Assembly (NCBI GenBank): GCA_964016885.1 | Contig: OZ024740.1 | Span: 148,614,001 to 148,678,000, forward strand | Reading direction: 5' to 3' | DNA: 64,000 nt | Source of the DNA: Eledone cirrhosa | Lineage: Eukaryota | Shown: positions 24,965 to 40,080 of the stretch, piece after piece | Layout of the letters: every line of letters starts with the position of its first letter | Numbering within the stretch: position 1 is the first letter of the stretch | Program-made: the position numbers and the translations under genes | Notes under the pieces: generated by a model | What the model saw: only the letters and a program-made list of their open reading frames with translations | Database searches by the model: none | Told to the model about the DNA's origin: nothing

Positions 24965-25860
24965 AACAAATAGCAAATTGAACATAGCGAGTTTGGTTTT
25001 TACAATCGCTTCCCTTCTTATGACGAACGATGCTTTCACGCATAGAGTTACGGCCCTTGCCATTCTGAGTTCAAATCCCACCGAGGTTAACTTTGCCTTT
25101 GATCCTTACGGGGTCGATAAAATAAAGTACCAATAATGTACTGGGTAATTGCTGGCCTTGTGTCAATAGTAGAAACAATTATTACATAGCAAATTAAACA
25201 TAGCGAGTTTGGAATTTACAATCGCTACTTTTGGCACAAGGCCAGCAATTACCCCAGTGCATAACTGGTGCTTTATTTTATCGACCCCGTATGGAGGAAA
25301 GGCAAAGTTAACCTCAGGGGGATTTGAACTCAAAAAGGGCCATAACTCTGTGTTGCAAAACATGATGTCTGACACTCTACTGATACTGCCAATTTTACCC
25401 CCAGCTTATGTAATAATTGTTTCTACTTTTGGCACAAGGCCAGCAATTACCCAGTGCATTACTGGTACTTTATTTTATCGACCCCGTAAGGATTAAAGGT
25501 AAAGTTAACCTCGACGCACCAGTTTCAGCACACGTTCATCATAAGAAGAGAAGCGATTGTAAAAATCAAACTCGCTATGTTCAATTTGCTATGTAATAAT
25601 TGTTTCTACTTTTGGCACAAGGCCAGAAATTACCCAGTACATTACTGGTACTTTATCTTTCATCCTTACTGGGTCGATAAAATATCAGTAGAGTGGCAGA
25701 CACCATGATTTGCAACACAGAGTTATGGTCCTTTCTGAGTTCAAATCCCGCCGAGGTTAAATTTGCCTTTCATCCTTACGGGGTCGATAAAATAAAGCAC
25801 TAGTTATGCACTGGGATAATTGCTGGCCTTGTGCTAAAAGTAGAAACAATTATTACATAA
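24965..25860. mobile_element. Cluster of rearranged SINE family A pieces in alternating orientation
   Basis: About 5 SINE segments; 24970-25030 is inverted versus 25530-25595, and 25225-25385 is inverted versus 25685-25850. Confidence 0.85.
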
Positions 25861-25869
25861 GCTCCAACA

Positions 25870-26870
25870 AATCTTGCATATATGCTTCAGCTGCCAGCCT
25901 TCTTCAATCATTGAATGCGGCTCTGAGACATTTGAATTTCTCCACCCGCTTCAGTGCAGCTTCATTCATATGCGAAGCACACTGAGCAGCCTTTCTCCCG
26001 AGGAGGAATATCTCACTTCGCAGCACTTTTCTTCATTCCTACCTAGCAGCACTCGGCAGCAACACTACTTTGCATACCGAAGATCATCTTCCGATGAGTT
26101 AAATATCACTATGTCGTCTGCAAATATCAAACGACTGATTTTGATACCAATTGCAACTCTGGAAAAAAATACTAGTGCAGTCATACAAGGCAGTCAAAGC
26201 GATAAAAACCTTCCATCGATCTCGTACTCCCGCAGAAAGTTCCCGTGGCACGTAATCGTAAGTCTTTTCGAGCTCAACGAAACATACAAAATCTCTTGGT
26301 TCAGACACCTCTTGGTTTTCTCACACAATTTCTTGAAAACCTGCCACAAAATGAATATTTGGTCGGTTGTATTACGTCCATGACGACACTATCACCAGGT
26401 AGCTTGGATTCGTCAATATCCTTACATTTCTTTTCAAGCACCAAGTGTGGGTTTACCAGGGAAGCTTAACAAGGAGATTTCTCTAAAATCAAAGGAATCT
26501 ATCTCGTTTCTCTTTTTAAAAATTAGGATTATCACTCCCATTTCTCATTGTTTCGGTGTCTTACTCCCAAACCCAGGCCACTCGGCGCTCACCAGTCAAC
26601 CACAGCGTACCTTCTTTATTTTAAGCTTTTAATATCTCGTACAAAATTCTATCCTTCCCATAGGCCTTGAGACATTTGAGCGCTTTAATTGCTCTGCTGA
26701 TCTTAACCTCTAGAAGTTAGTCTTTACCCATAAAATGCCCCTTGTGTACGTCATAATATGTTATTGTGACCCGTTTTAGAAGATCAGCAAAATGTATCCA
26801 CCTAGTGATAATGTATCTCTCTTCAGAGAGAAGGACCCCAGACGATTTCCGGATATTAGACACTGAAGGG
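25870..26870 (-). mobile_element. Decayed RTE-clade reverse transcriptase fragments
   Basis: CFVELEKTYDYVPRE, LIFADD, SGVLLSEERYIITRW, with many frameshifts. Confidence 0.7.
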
Positions 26871-27518
26871 ATAAATAAATGAGGCAAATGCGCTTCAAAA
26901 GGTATATGAAATGCATAAATAATGGAATGATGCTCCATTTTACAGTTACCTATGAAATATTTTCTGTTCTTAGGAGAATGAACATTAACAATAAGCGCTT
27001 ACATGATTTTATTACTACTGTTCAGAAGAGGGCGGGGAATTGGCAGTGTGGGTAGAATGTCGGACAACATGTTTTGCGTTCTGAGTTCAAATCCAGCCGA
27101 GGTTAGTTTGGCCTTTTATCCTTACAGGGTCGAAAAATAAAGTATCAGTAACGCACTGGGGTCGATTTAATCGACTTCCCCATTCCCTTCAAGCAGCTGA
27201 GCTTGTGCCAAAAGTAGAAACAATTATTTCTGCTATGATAGATAAATATAATTCGAAAATAATTATATCTGTGAGTTGTATGGAATTCTATGTAATTCCT
27301 TACAGTTTATTTGTTTATGTTTGATTTAATTAGTTTATAAAATAAATTCTAACTCTACAGATAAAGCATCTATTTGTTTTCAAAGGTAAAAGCATTAAGA
27401 TTTTAATCACATACAATCTACTAAAAGGATGTAATAGCAATAAAATTTAGCAGATGCTACATATAGCACCTGGTAGCATCTGAATGACAGATGGTATATG
27501 TAGCGTCAGCCATATGGT

Positions 27519-27550
<32 letters not shown>

Positions 27551-28616
27551 ACATACGCACACACGCACACACACTATACATTTATTAGGCAAATATTCTT
27601 CCGGTATGTGGGTTCTTGTAATTGTGCACGTAATCTTTTTTTCAATATTCATGCCTATCTATATATTCAAACTCTCTATCACTGTTATGTAGAAAGTGAA
27701 TATATAATCGAGAAATAAATAATATACCTCTTCATTTATCCATTAAAAAATACCTAAATAAGATAGCCGACTGGTTTTGCTATATTTCCGTCAATAACAA
27801 CCTCTATAATTAAAGTTCTGAAGAAAAGAGATAACACAATATGTAAATAGCTTCAACAGAAACGACGTACCAGCTACCATATTTCATTTTCAGTGCATTG
27901 CGTTTCCTTACATTAGTTCTCAAAATGCAAGTCACGGTTTCTCTAAGATACTTTGACAAGTTCCAAGACAACACATCTATGTTTATTACATTAAATAAAA
28001 TGATTATACATTGATGCCGGCATAAATTTGACCTGTGTTGTCACAGTTTCAGCCAGAGTTTTCCCGTAAATATTCTTCAAAGAAATGTTATATTAGAAAT
28101 CTGAACAGTCGTTTTTGTAGAATGATATATAAAACAGTGGATGTAAAGATGTTTGTGTTTTAACTGATTACAAAGGAACAAATATAATATTAAATACTGG
28201 GCGAACTTTACTGGTTGTAGGTAGTGAATGGAAATATTTTGAGCGCGAAACTTATGCAAGTCTCTTATACATATACGCAGATTTTGAAAGTCATAAAACA
28301 ATTTTAAGAACTTGCGCGTTAACTATTCTCATGATTTTCCTCCTTCTCCTATTTATACTTCTATCTTTATATTTAGTAATGAAACTGTCCAGGGAAAACA
28401 GTTTTATATATAAACAGAATACTAATCTATTGTTACAATGATATTCAGAACATATAAAATTGATCGTTGATCTGAACAATAATGCAGATTAAAATTAGGA
28501 ACTAGTAGTTTGAAATACATGTTCAGAAATTCAGAGTAATATACTCAGACTGAAATTACTCTTAATTAAAATATATTGTTTCAATTACTTATCTTCTATA
28601 TATGTATTTTTTACAG

Positions 28617-28898
28617 AAAATCTACGAGTTACTCCTAGTTCCAGAGCTTTCCACCTCGCCTTATCCACCCATCATCCACACCACCACCAACATCATCATC
28701 AACAGACAACAGATACTCATTCCTGTCATTCATTATGTGCTTGTCATACATCAGCTATGGCTGCAGCAGTGGCTGTTGGACCGCAATATTCTGCAGCTGT
28801 TTATTCCAGTCTACACTATCCAGCCCATGCACTCTCTGCTGTACATGCTATTCAACCACCTCAGTATCCGATTACAACTTCCACTGACGGTTTACCAG
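28617..28898 (+). CDS. Hlx: Hlx internal coding exon (His/Gln- and Ala-rich, upstream of the homeodomain)
   Basis: ttttttacAG acceptor; open 282-nt frame NLRVTPSSRAFHLALSTHHPHHHQHHHQQ...MAAAVAVGPQYSAAVY...TDGLP-G; donor G|GTAAGT. Phase 1 matches the next exon, giving LPG|PYS as in HLX FPGPYA. Confidence 0.8.
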
Positions 28899-30859
28899 GT
28901 AAGTGAATGTATCACACTTCTTGTCACAGTGATTCCCTTTAATGATCGATTGGAATATAATGAAAGAAAGTATTCTTCGATATTGAAAGTAAATCGATGA
29001 TGCTCGTCTGGTACAGCAGTATCCTTTTATCTACTAAATTCAAAATCCACTCAGGCAGAATTTGCTTTTAATCTTTCCTTTATGGATAACAAAATCAGAT
29101 TTTAAGTAGTGGAATTAAATTTATTAAATATACTTCCTCAAGTCACACTGTGTCAATATTATAAATCGATCAATTGTTTTAGTTAGTAATTTCTCACTGA
29201 AACTGTTATTATTGTTTAACCCCACAGTTCACTCATAGTTTATCTCAGGCTACATTAGTCAATATGCCCTTCCTTTTCTATATGAGGATAATGTAGTTTA
29301 AGCGATGCCTCAGCCTTCGTTGGTTCATCAGTGTAAGAGGTATATGAATCAATTAGATTTCTAATGAGAAAATCAATATCCTGATAGAAGGCCTGAATTT
29401 TACAACATTAAATGTTCCATTCTTTATATATCTGAATCCTCATTCTCATATAAGAAGCTGTTGCTTCTTTACGTTGTAGCAAGCAACATGATAAAGCCGT
29501 AGGTTATCAGCAAAACGATTATGCCACATAGCTTTGGTAACTTTTGTAACAGTTTCCGTTATCAATGTCTTCAGAATGGCGTAAAAGTTTCAATATTTTA
29601 CTGTTTCGCTCCTATAATCTGAAGATTCATCATCTGAAAGATATGCTAATTTCTTTTCAGCTAAGTGGCTACAAAATCTTTCGACGTTTGAAAGTTTGGA
29701 AAATATTTGACTGTCAAGGAATAATTTAATCCTCTTTTGCTGTTAATGAAATTAACTTGATAATGTCATTTTTCCTCTTGTTCTTTCATCGAATTATTAC
29801 TGGCAACAAGCATGCATAACGAAACAACAAAATATCGCATTAAAGAATATTTCCGCCATCGAAACTTTTAGTAGATTCAAATATTAAATGATAATCAAAA
29901 GTCTCCCTCTAACCCTACCTTTTTTACCTATCTATCTGTCTTTCTCCTTCTCTGATTTTCCACTATCAACAGTTTAGTTTTGCTGAATTATCTAGTGTGA
30001 CTAAATATCTTTGAATTTTCGGTTGATTTCCTTTTAGGTAAACCATAAGGATAAATATAATAAAGAAAGAAGAATATAGTTAAGTGTCAACTCGTTAGTA
30101 GATGGGTTTAGATCCGCTGTAGATTTGGAATGTATTTTTGAAAACGTCATGCAATTACATGTGCTTTGGCCCATATATCTGCTGGAAAATGTAAGATGCG
30201 ACCAGCTAGCGTCATATCTAGGGAAATATGTGTAACTAAACGTACATATGTTTTTGGTAAGGCAACTAAAATAGAATAAGCATGTTCAATCTAAAGAAAC
30301 GATGGGGAATTAAATTCATCTCATCCCGGCCTGCAATGAAACGAAAAAGAATGGATTGTCCCAAACTACCTGAATGTACCATGATCTAAAAGGATTGATG
30401 GGGTTTACTTCTGAGATTATCATCTATTGACAAACTAACCTCAAGAGATCTATTTGCTGTCTCGACAGAAGAATCATAGCAAATTGCTATATAATAAAAA
30501 TATAAAATAAATAATTTCTGTGTCTCCTATCTAAAATTTGCCTATCAAATTTCCCCTCACCATCTAACAGATAAACCAACGTTGATTGTTTTTTTGTTTT
30601 TGTTTTCAAAGTCATTAGTTTTCTTTTTCTGAAACATCGCTTTTTTGCCTTATCAGTGGGTTTCAACAACAAAATGTGAGGGAACTGAAGAAAGGAATAC
30701 AGGAAAATGAGGGAGAGAGAAAAACTTAGAAAGCATGTGTGTGCGAAAGGAGCAGGCGAAAACCAAGGAGAATTAATGAATTAGTGGAAAAGAAACAAAT
30801 GTCCAAAGTATGTGTTGATATATCTAAGAAAGAAATGAACAGTGAGCGACAGAAAAGAA

Positions 30860-31640
<781 letters not shown>

Positions 31641-32608
31641 AGACAGAGAGGGGGAGGTAGGACAGAGAGAGAGAAAGAACGAAAGAGAGACGGATAAAAC
31701 GAGAGAGAAAGAGAGAGAGATGGGGGAGAGATCACGTGTGATTATGTTTTGAGCATTTGTATTGAGAATTTAAATGTCTTGTGAGTTTCATTTGCGTAAA
31801 TATATACATATCCAAAGAAGTGCGCGCGCGTGTGTGTGTGTGTGTTTGTTTGTTTGTTTGAACGTGTTTGCGAGTGTGCTTATTTACGTGTGTTTGCGTG
31901 TGTGTGGTTTGTATATCACACCGTAATAGTACGAGAAAATGAAACAAGGGAAATGAAATCACCACCACCAACACCAAAAGAATCATCACCACTACGACCA
32001 ATGACTCCATCGCCACCAACACCACCACCACCAATAACAACAACAATACCATATAAACAAACAAAAAATGTATTCACTTCCTCTTTCCTTTATTTCTAAA
32101 TTTCTTGGCTTTATTTAACCCCAAACACCACCGACAGCTTATCTTTCCCTATCTCCCCTGTCTTTTTCTCTTTTTATATACTTTCTCCCTTCCTTTACAA
32201 CTCTCTCTCTCTCTAACTCCCTCTCATTCAACAAGCTTCCTTTTTCTCCGACTTGTTTGTTCCACAACCTATGGTCGTTGTATCACACCTCGTAAATATG
32301 GTATCCGATTGGAATCTATTAGTTGGGACCCAGTCTCTGACAAACAACCTCAGTAGACCAATCATTTTGACTTGAATAAAAGATAACGGGTGGCTATGTT
32401 AGATGGTGGAGAAGAGGATGTAAATAACTGCTTGGACAATAAATTATTTTGTTGATTGACGTAAATAGCTGGTTTCATTCACGCATTGATGGTATTGTTA
32501 TTAATTAAGAAGTTTAGGTAGAAAAACAGTCAAGACAACGCAGCTTATATATATGAGAAGAGGAAACTAGCCGAAACCTCCGAGCTCTCGGTCGATCCTT
32601 TACTTTTA

Positions 32609-32664
<56 letters not shown>

Positions 32665-32669
32665 TATAA

Positions 32670-32734
<65 letters not shown>

Positions 32735-32746
32735 TATATATATATA

Positions 32747-33460
<714 letters not shown>

Positions 33461-33601
33461 AATGTAGAAAAGTGACACACGAATTGATATATATAAACAA
33501 ATAGTACAAAGGAAAAAAAATACAATAAAAAAATGCTGGAGGGTTTTTTTCAATATAATATCAAAATATTTATTTATAAAGTGGGGATATCCGCATTTAA
33601 T

Positions 33602-33640
33602 CGTGGTACCGGTTTCAGCCTTATATGCTTTTTCAACGAG
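33602..33640 (-). ncRNA. Hammerhead motif, U3-A8 core, stem I decayed
   Basis: - strand: TTGAAAA agc atataag gct GAAA ccgg TA ccacg attaaa. Confidence 0.55.
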
Positions 33641-36600
33641 GGAATTGTAAAGTGCAGTTATTCGCATATTTATACGAATAATAATAAAATAGAGAAGAAA
33701 TATCAGTTTTTACATACATATTAAGAGAGGAAAGTTCATGTTTCTGTCCGAGGCCCTCTTTCGCTCTCTATTAGTGTTGTAGATACATATATAATACATC
33801 GTTATTTTTTAGTATGTATAGTTTGTGTCTTCGGGCGTTTCTCTTGCTGTCACATTTAATACCTACGGTTTTTAACTCTGGACTTAATGTGTTTGTTTTT
33901 AACTTTCGATCCATTGAGTGTTTTATGATTGCTTCAAAACAAATCGAATAGTACTTGCTGTACTGCAGCTAAAGTTCGATTTACAAATATTTTATATATA
34001 TATACACATATATACATATGCATATATATGTGTGTGTGTGTGTGTGTGCACGTGTAGATGTAGATGTACGTATGTGTGTATATGATATGTATATAAGAGA
34101 GAGAGAGAGAGAGAGATTGTGTATTTGGGGGGAGGGGGTGCTGTTTGTTGATCGATGTCGTTAGCGTTGCTAAAATAACCAGTCATATTACACATTTAAC
34201 TGATTGAAATCACATGACGAGCATATTCATAAACTACTATTATTTCCAAAATGGTGTTACGTGTATCTAATTTAGCCCTCCGTTGGTCATTTTTTCCAAA
34301 AGATTTTTTCTGTTATTTTAACAATTATGGGTGGCCACAATTGCTTGGTAATTTAGCCTAGCAACACATTTAAAACACATGGTAATATGTGATGTGTAAA
34401 CAAGCGTTAACTACGTTAAGACTTATGTCTCTGCTAGTGTTAGCAAAAACTATCATATAAGCTGCTAACCTCATGAATGAAAGAAATGAAAAAACTTTAA
34501 TAATTACTGAAAATAGTCCGAACAACTCATTTTCTGGCCACAGAAATATAAATAACAACGTTTAATGGCAGTGTCTTAACCTATATAGCATGACTAACCG
34601 ATGTCTATTCATTATTCACACTCGTATGTTAACGTTACGTTTATACTTAACCTTTCGTCGCTCATTGTTTCCAGTAATTAATTCATTCACGTTGTCAACG
34701 CTTGCGCTGTTATAAAAATGATATGAACTAATTGACTTTAGGTCAAATGTGCATGTATTATATATAACAATGAAAGTATTTAACAAGTAATGCAGGTATA
34801 ACTTAAGTGTTTAATTAGCAAGCAACGATAATGAAACAGGTTCTACTCAAGGTTAAGCGTCGGGAGAAACATATTGCTTTGTAGTCTCTGGAAAACGAAG
34901 CATGCTGATAAATTGGATAGCAATTGTGAATATTTCATTCGTTTATTTATTTGTTGTTATTGTTAGTATGGGGACGGGGTGCATCATTATGGAATATCCA
35001 GTACTAGAATTGTGTGGGGTGTTTATTTTGGTCTTATGAACAGATTTAGAGTTTATTATAGGATGTTGATAAAATGTTTTAAATATTGGGAAAGTGACAT
35101 ACCTAAGAAAGGGAACAGGTGCCAGTGGTAAGCTCAGAGTATAAACAGATGTTATAATGTTATATATCAACTACATAGAGCGCTGCAACCACACATACAG
35201 CAGTTGTGAGTTGGAGTGGCCTGATTAATAGATAAATGATGCGAAAAGACAAATAAGAAAAAAGACCACCGGACAAGACACATTAATATACCCAGTAATA
35301 GTCAAATCTCTAAAACATCTCTTGTGATTGTTATTCTATGTTCTTTTCCTATTTATAAAGAAAGAATATTTGGACAGGGAAAACATATATATATATAATA
35401 CTTTTTAGCAGAGAATATGCCTTAGTAAATTTTAGTAATGAATAATATCACATGGAATTAAAAAAAAAAAATAAAACAACAACGGATGAGTTCAGTGCGC
35501 TGTGTCTTCTTAAATACACCTCGAACATCGCAAAATAGAAATAAGTTAAACAGGAATTGTGCTTTCTAAAGAGAAGTAACAATAGGGAGAGAGAAAAACA
35601 ATCATAACAAATGAGCAAAATTAAAATAGTATATCTTAGGTTTAGGAATATTCGGATAAAATAACACAAGTATTGAATATTATATGACATCGAAGATCCA
35701 ATTGTTTTTCCTGGATCAATAGATTCTTTTTTTACGAGAATGCTTAAAGTTCCATTTGAAGCATTCACAAAAGTTATTACGAGGATTGAGGGACGTTTCG
35801 AAACAGCTTACTAAAACAAAAGTGCGGAAATGCCACATCAGCTCCAGCTTCTTCCTTGCCAGTAGCTGTAATAATGACCGCCAAGATAGATTGAGAGGTG
35901 GGGAGAAAAAAAAAGAGATGAGAATTCTTAAACTTAATAATGAAAATTTCAGTATTAGTTAATAGATTTATTCTTTATAAATGGTAAAGCCAATTCCTGA
36001 CTCTATTTTTATATATGAATTAGGTCTGTTATTCATTGCTTTCAACTTAATCAGTTTTCATGGCAGTCAAGTTAGAAATTTAAGTTCAACCAATTATTTT
36101 ATATTATAGCACGAAGAGTCATTACATCTGGAGTTTAATCCCAAATAAACTTTTAGTGTGCAATCTTCAAGTAAGCATTCACGAACGATGTATTAACAAT
36201 AACAATATCTGATACATTTTCTCTCTTTGGTTATATAATACATTATTCAAGATAATTACTTCAGTGTTGATTGATATGTATAGAGATAAAATAATTTTGG
36301 AATTGCACATTGCTTCAGCAGTTCAGATAAAGTTAATATTCATTCAAAATGTAATGGCATACCCTAACAACGATTCAACATATTTATCGATTTTCTACCG
36401 GATAGATAAAAAAAAGACCTGTCAACTCTCCCCGTCCGACGCGGAGATCTCCCACTCAGTTTGGGGTGGGTGAGGGATGTCTTCGGATTATGTAAAATCT
36501 CCTCATTTTGCCTCATTTCTCTCCGTTTGGGGGCACTTATTTTCATAGTATGCGCCGTTTGGGGTTTTAGAGGTTGGCAGGTCTGAAAAAAAAATGAAAA

Positions 36601-37419
36601 TGATAATGGAGACATTATCACCCACTTGCAAGTTAATTTCACCTGCAGGCTGTTCCGTTGATAGAATCAACTGGAGCACTTGTCGTTGGAACCGACAGTG
36701 GTCAAACACACACCCAATCGTAGAGTATATCTAAACAGAGATTTGACTGTTATTTTTAGCAAACCGAGAAAATGGCATTGAGGTTCCCTCCTTAATTCGA
36801 TAGATGTACTTGTATGTTAGAATGGTCATATGAAATTTAATAATACTTACATTTGATAATTTGCTTTTTGTGTTCTTATTTCAGTATTTGAAGCTACTGC
36901 TAGTTTATGATAGGATATAATGTATATGTATGTGTGTTTGTGTGTGTTGTAATGTGTGTGTGTGTGGGGGGGGGGGGGTATGAATGTGTTTCTGCGTTGA
37001 AAGTATTATGTATAAAATTACAATTTGTGAATTCTAAGAAAAACCATCTCAGCTCGAATCATGTATTTCTTATTGTCCAAGAAAACATATATTGTTTCTT
37101 CAATTTTTGTTTACGTATTGGTTTCAGTATTTATAGACTAACACAGCGTGAACGTATTACACAAATAAAGTCGGTGAAATTTAAGAATCGTTTGAGCGCT
37201 AGAAAAAAGGCTTAACGTTATTGTTCCAGATCTTTACGTTCTGAGTTTGAATCCAGCTAAAGCCATCTTTGCCTTTCCTGCGTCTATGATGGACAAAATA
37301 AAGTAATGGTCAAATACTGGTGGTCGGAGTTACATAAACTGTTTCGACAAATTTATGGCACTGTGCTTCTGTCAGAAGCTATTATATAAGTAAATTGCAT
37401 ATCTAACATTTATTTCCAA

Positions 37420-38348
37420 CTAGCAGTGGTACCCGGCGTTACACGGGATAAGGTATTTTGGAACGCGGGCCGCCAACAGACCTAATCGTGGAAAAACTGC
37501 ATGCCTGGACAATATGTAAAGAAAATAAACCTAATACTCTGATCGCTGGATAATCTTTAAGATTTTCCTCGATGAAGCAGGAAAAATGTAGGTTTTCACC
37601 TAATGCCGGCCCTGGGGATCAAGAAAATGAATTTTTTTTATGTGCATAATATGCCTTGAAATTTCGGGAAAATCCGCTAGATTTAACGCCACAAGAAAAC
37701 CTAAAAAGCTTAAAAAATGAAGTTTTTCGCCTAATGCGGGCCCTAGGCCATAAGAAAGTTGGATTTTCTTTGCTTACGGTATGAAGAAGAGACTGACTAA
37801 TACATAGTTACAATTTCAAGGCAATCGGTCTGACGTAACGCCTCAAAAACTCCCTAAAAACCTTTTGAAAACGCAGTTTTTCACCTAATGCGGGCCCTAG
37901 GAGATAAAAAAAAAGTTGAATTTTTTATGTGCATAACACTCCCTGAAACATAAGTAATACACATGTAAAGTTAAAAAAAAACAGTTGGGCAGTTCTCGAG
38001 TTTTAGGGATTCAAACTCACAGACACACACACACACAGACAGACATCCTCAGGGAAGTGACGTAATGCAGACAGTCAGGCATACAGACAGATATTATAAG
38101 GGCGCGACGTTATATGTATGTATCTATCAAAAAAGAGAAAAACTAAGAATTATAGAGAGAGATCGCTAAATCGCCTAATGCGGTCTCTGGGGCATTGAAA
38201 ATCTGAAATTGTTTGTGCTCAGAACACTCCCTGAAGCATAAGTATTACATGTGTAACGTTTGAAAACAGTCGGTTTGGTGGTTCTCGAGTTTTAGGGATT
38301 CGAACTCACACACACACAGACAGACATCCTCAGTTTTATATATATAGA
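37420..38348 (-). mobile_element. Non-autonomous Helitron-like element
   Basis: - strand 5' TCtatatatataaaactgaggatgtctgtctg; internal ~120-bp repeats (cctaatgcgggccctagg); 3' cccgtgtaacgccgggtaccactgCTAG|t. Confidence 0.8.
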
Positions 38349-38533
38349 CTAGCAGAAAACCACCCGTTGGGCGGTTTTCTGCTAGTCTATATATATAAAA
38401 GAGAGGATGTCTGGGAATTGAGGAGTGCTACAGAAACATATATACATTTCTGTGTGTGTGTAATATATATATATACACACACTCAGAAATATATATATAT
38501 ACACACAGAAATATATATACATTTCTGTGTGTG

Positions 38534-38590
<57 letters not shown>

Positions 38591-38593
<3 letters not shown>

Positions 38594-39417
38594 TATGAAG
38601 AGAGAAGAAACATTTAGATATGATTAGTAATAAAATGTATCATACCTAAACTGCTCCTAGATTCCTCGACTACGTAGTTTCGTGGCATAAACAAAAACAA
38701 TACATCATAAAGATATAGAGTCCTTGCGAGGTCTGCCGACTTATCAAGAGGATACCTCATTTTACTAGTCTCAAGAACGCGTCTACACGACGTGAGAAAG
38801 AATCCCAAAAGGCGGAGGGGGAGACAGTCACGCGATATAACGGTCGAGAAACAGAGCTAAGCCTCTTATAACCCCGAAGAAAATACCACGGAGGCGGAGG
38901 GGGTATTTATATCGAAGCCGTAGAAGAGGTGGTGAAGGAGGCAAGAAGTATGAGTAATGGAAGCTTTCCAGCAGTCCCCACACTTCAAAGATTGCTCGAC
39001 CAGAGGGAGTTATTAACAATATATTTAGAAACACACAGATACATGCGGACACACACATATACATGAATGCATCCGCACCCAACCGTGAGTTAAGGGTGCC
39101 AACTTCACCGATGTTGCTCAATGAATGACTGGGACAGACCAATCCGGTTGAACTAGACTGAACCAGTATCAGAGTTAAAAATACATTATGAAGAGAGAAG
39201 AAACATTTAGATATAATTAGTAATAAAATGTATCATACCTAAACTGTTCCTAGATTCCTCGAATTTTTAACTCTGATACTGGTTCAGTCTAGTTCAACCG
39301 GATTGGTCTGTCCCAGTCATTCATTGAGCAACATCGGTGAAGTTGGCACCCTTAACTCACGGTTGGGTACGGATGCATTCATGTATATGTGTGTGTCCGC
39401 ATGTATCTGTGTGTTTC

Positions 39418-39426
<9 letters not shown>
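38591..39426 (-). mobile_element. Non-coding hammerhead retroelement (retrozyme/mini-Penelope-like): 593-nt unit, terminal direct repeat and inverted segment
   Basis: 38591-38669 is repeated at 39184-39262; 39263-39426 is the reverse complement of 39019-39182; (TA)n on both sides; second copy at 52704-53227. Confidence 0.8.
38663..38752 (-). ncRNA. Type-I hammerhead ribozyme motif, U3-A8 core
   Basis: - strand: tcctc TTGATAA gtcggca [long loop] tgccac GAAA ctacgtag TC gagga; 5-bp stem I, palindromic stem III, GUC site. Confidence 0.85.
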
Positions 39427-39485
<59 letters not shown>

Positions 39486-39589
39486 GAGAAATATATATAC
39501 ATTTCTGTGTGTGTAATATATATATATATATATATATATATATTACACACACACAGAAATGTATATATGTTTCTGTACCACTCCTCAAT

Positions 39590-39880
39590 TCCCCCCTCTC
39601 TCCCTCCCGTTATCCCCTTCTTGTAGTCTGTCTCTTTCTTTCACTCTCACTCTCTCTCTACGCGTGCGCAAAAAATATTCGCACGCGCGCACGTGTTTTA
39701 GCGTCTATTCACTCTCTCTCTCTCCCTCAATCCCTCCCGCTACCCCCCTCTCGTAGTCTGTCTCTTTCTTTCACTCTCACTCTCTCTCTACGCGTGCGCA
39801 AAAAACATTCGCACGCGCGCACGTGTTTCCACTGTCGGACAGACAGACAGAGAAATTGCTGGTTATATATTATAAGGAGA
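39590..39880 (-). mobile_element. Helitron-like 5' portion with a ~130-bp direct repeat
   Basis: The - strand starts TCtccttataatatataacc...(CTGT)n; tccctcccg...gcacgcgcgcacgtgttt occurs twice. Confidence 0.5.
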
Positions 39881-40080
39881 TTAGGAGTTCAGTTTTTTTG
39901 TTTCCCAAATCCTTATGTCCTGATATATTTTCTATATGTTTTAAATAGGTAATATTTATTCTAATACTGAAATATACGAACGATTCACCAATATTTTTTT
40001 AGTAATCAAATTAAACTATTATAAGTTGTCGAACGATAATTTCTATTTATTTTCTCTTTTCTCAATATTCTTGTGTGCAG

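Noticed and set aside
28602-29000. 132-aa ORF from the supplied track
   Set aside because: Wrong frame; the splice-compatible Hlx frame is a different one.
38828-39142. 104-aa ORF in the hammerhead element, partly shared by the second copy
   Set aside because: No recognisable motifs, includes a microsatellite-derived segment, and conservation is explained by recent duplication.
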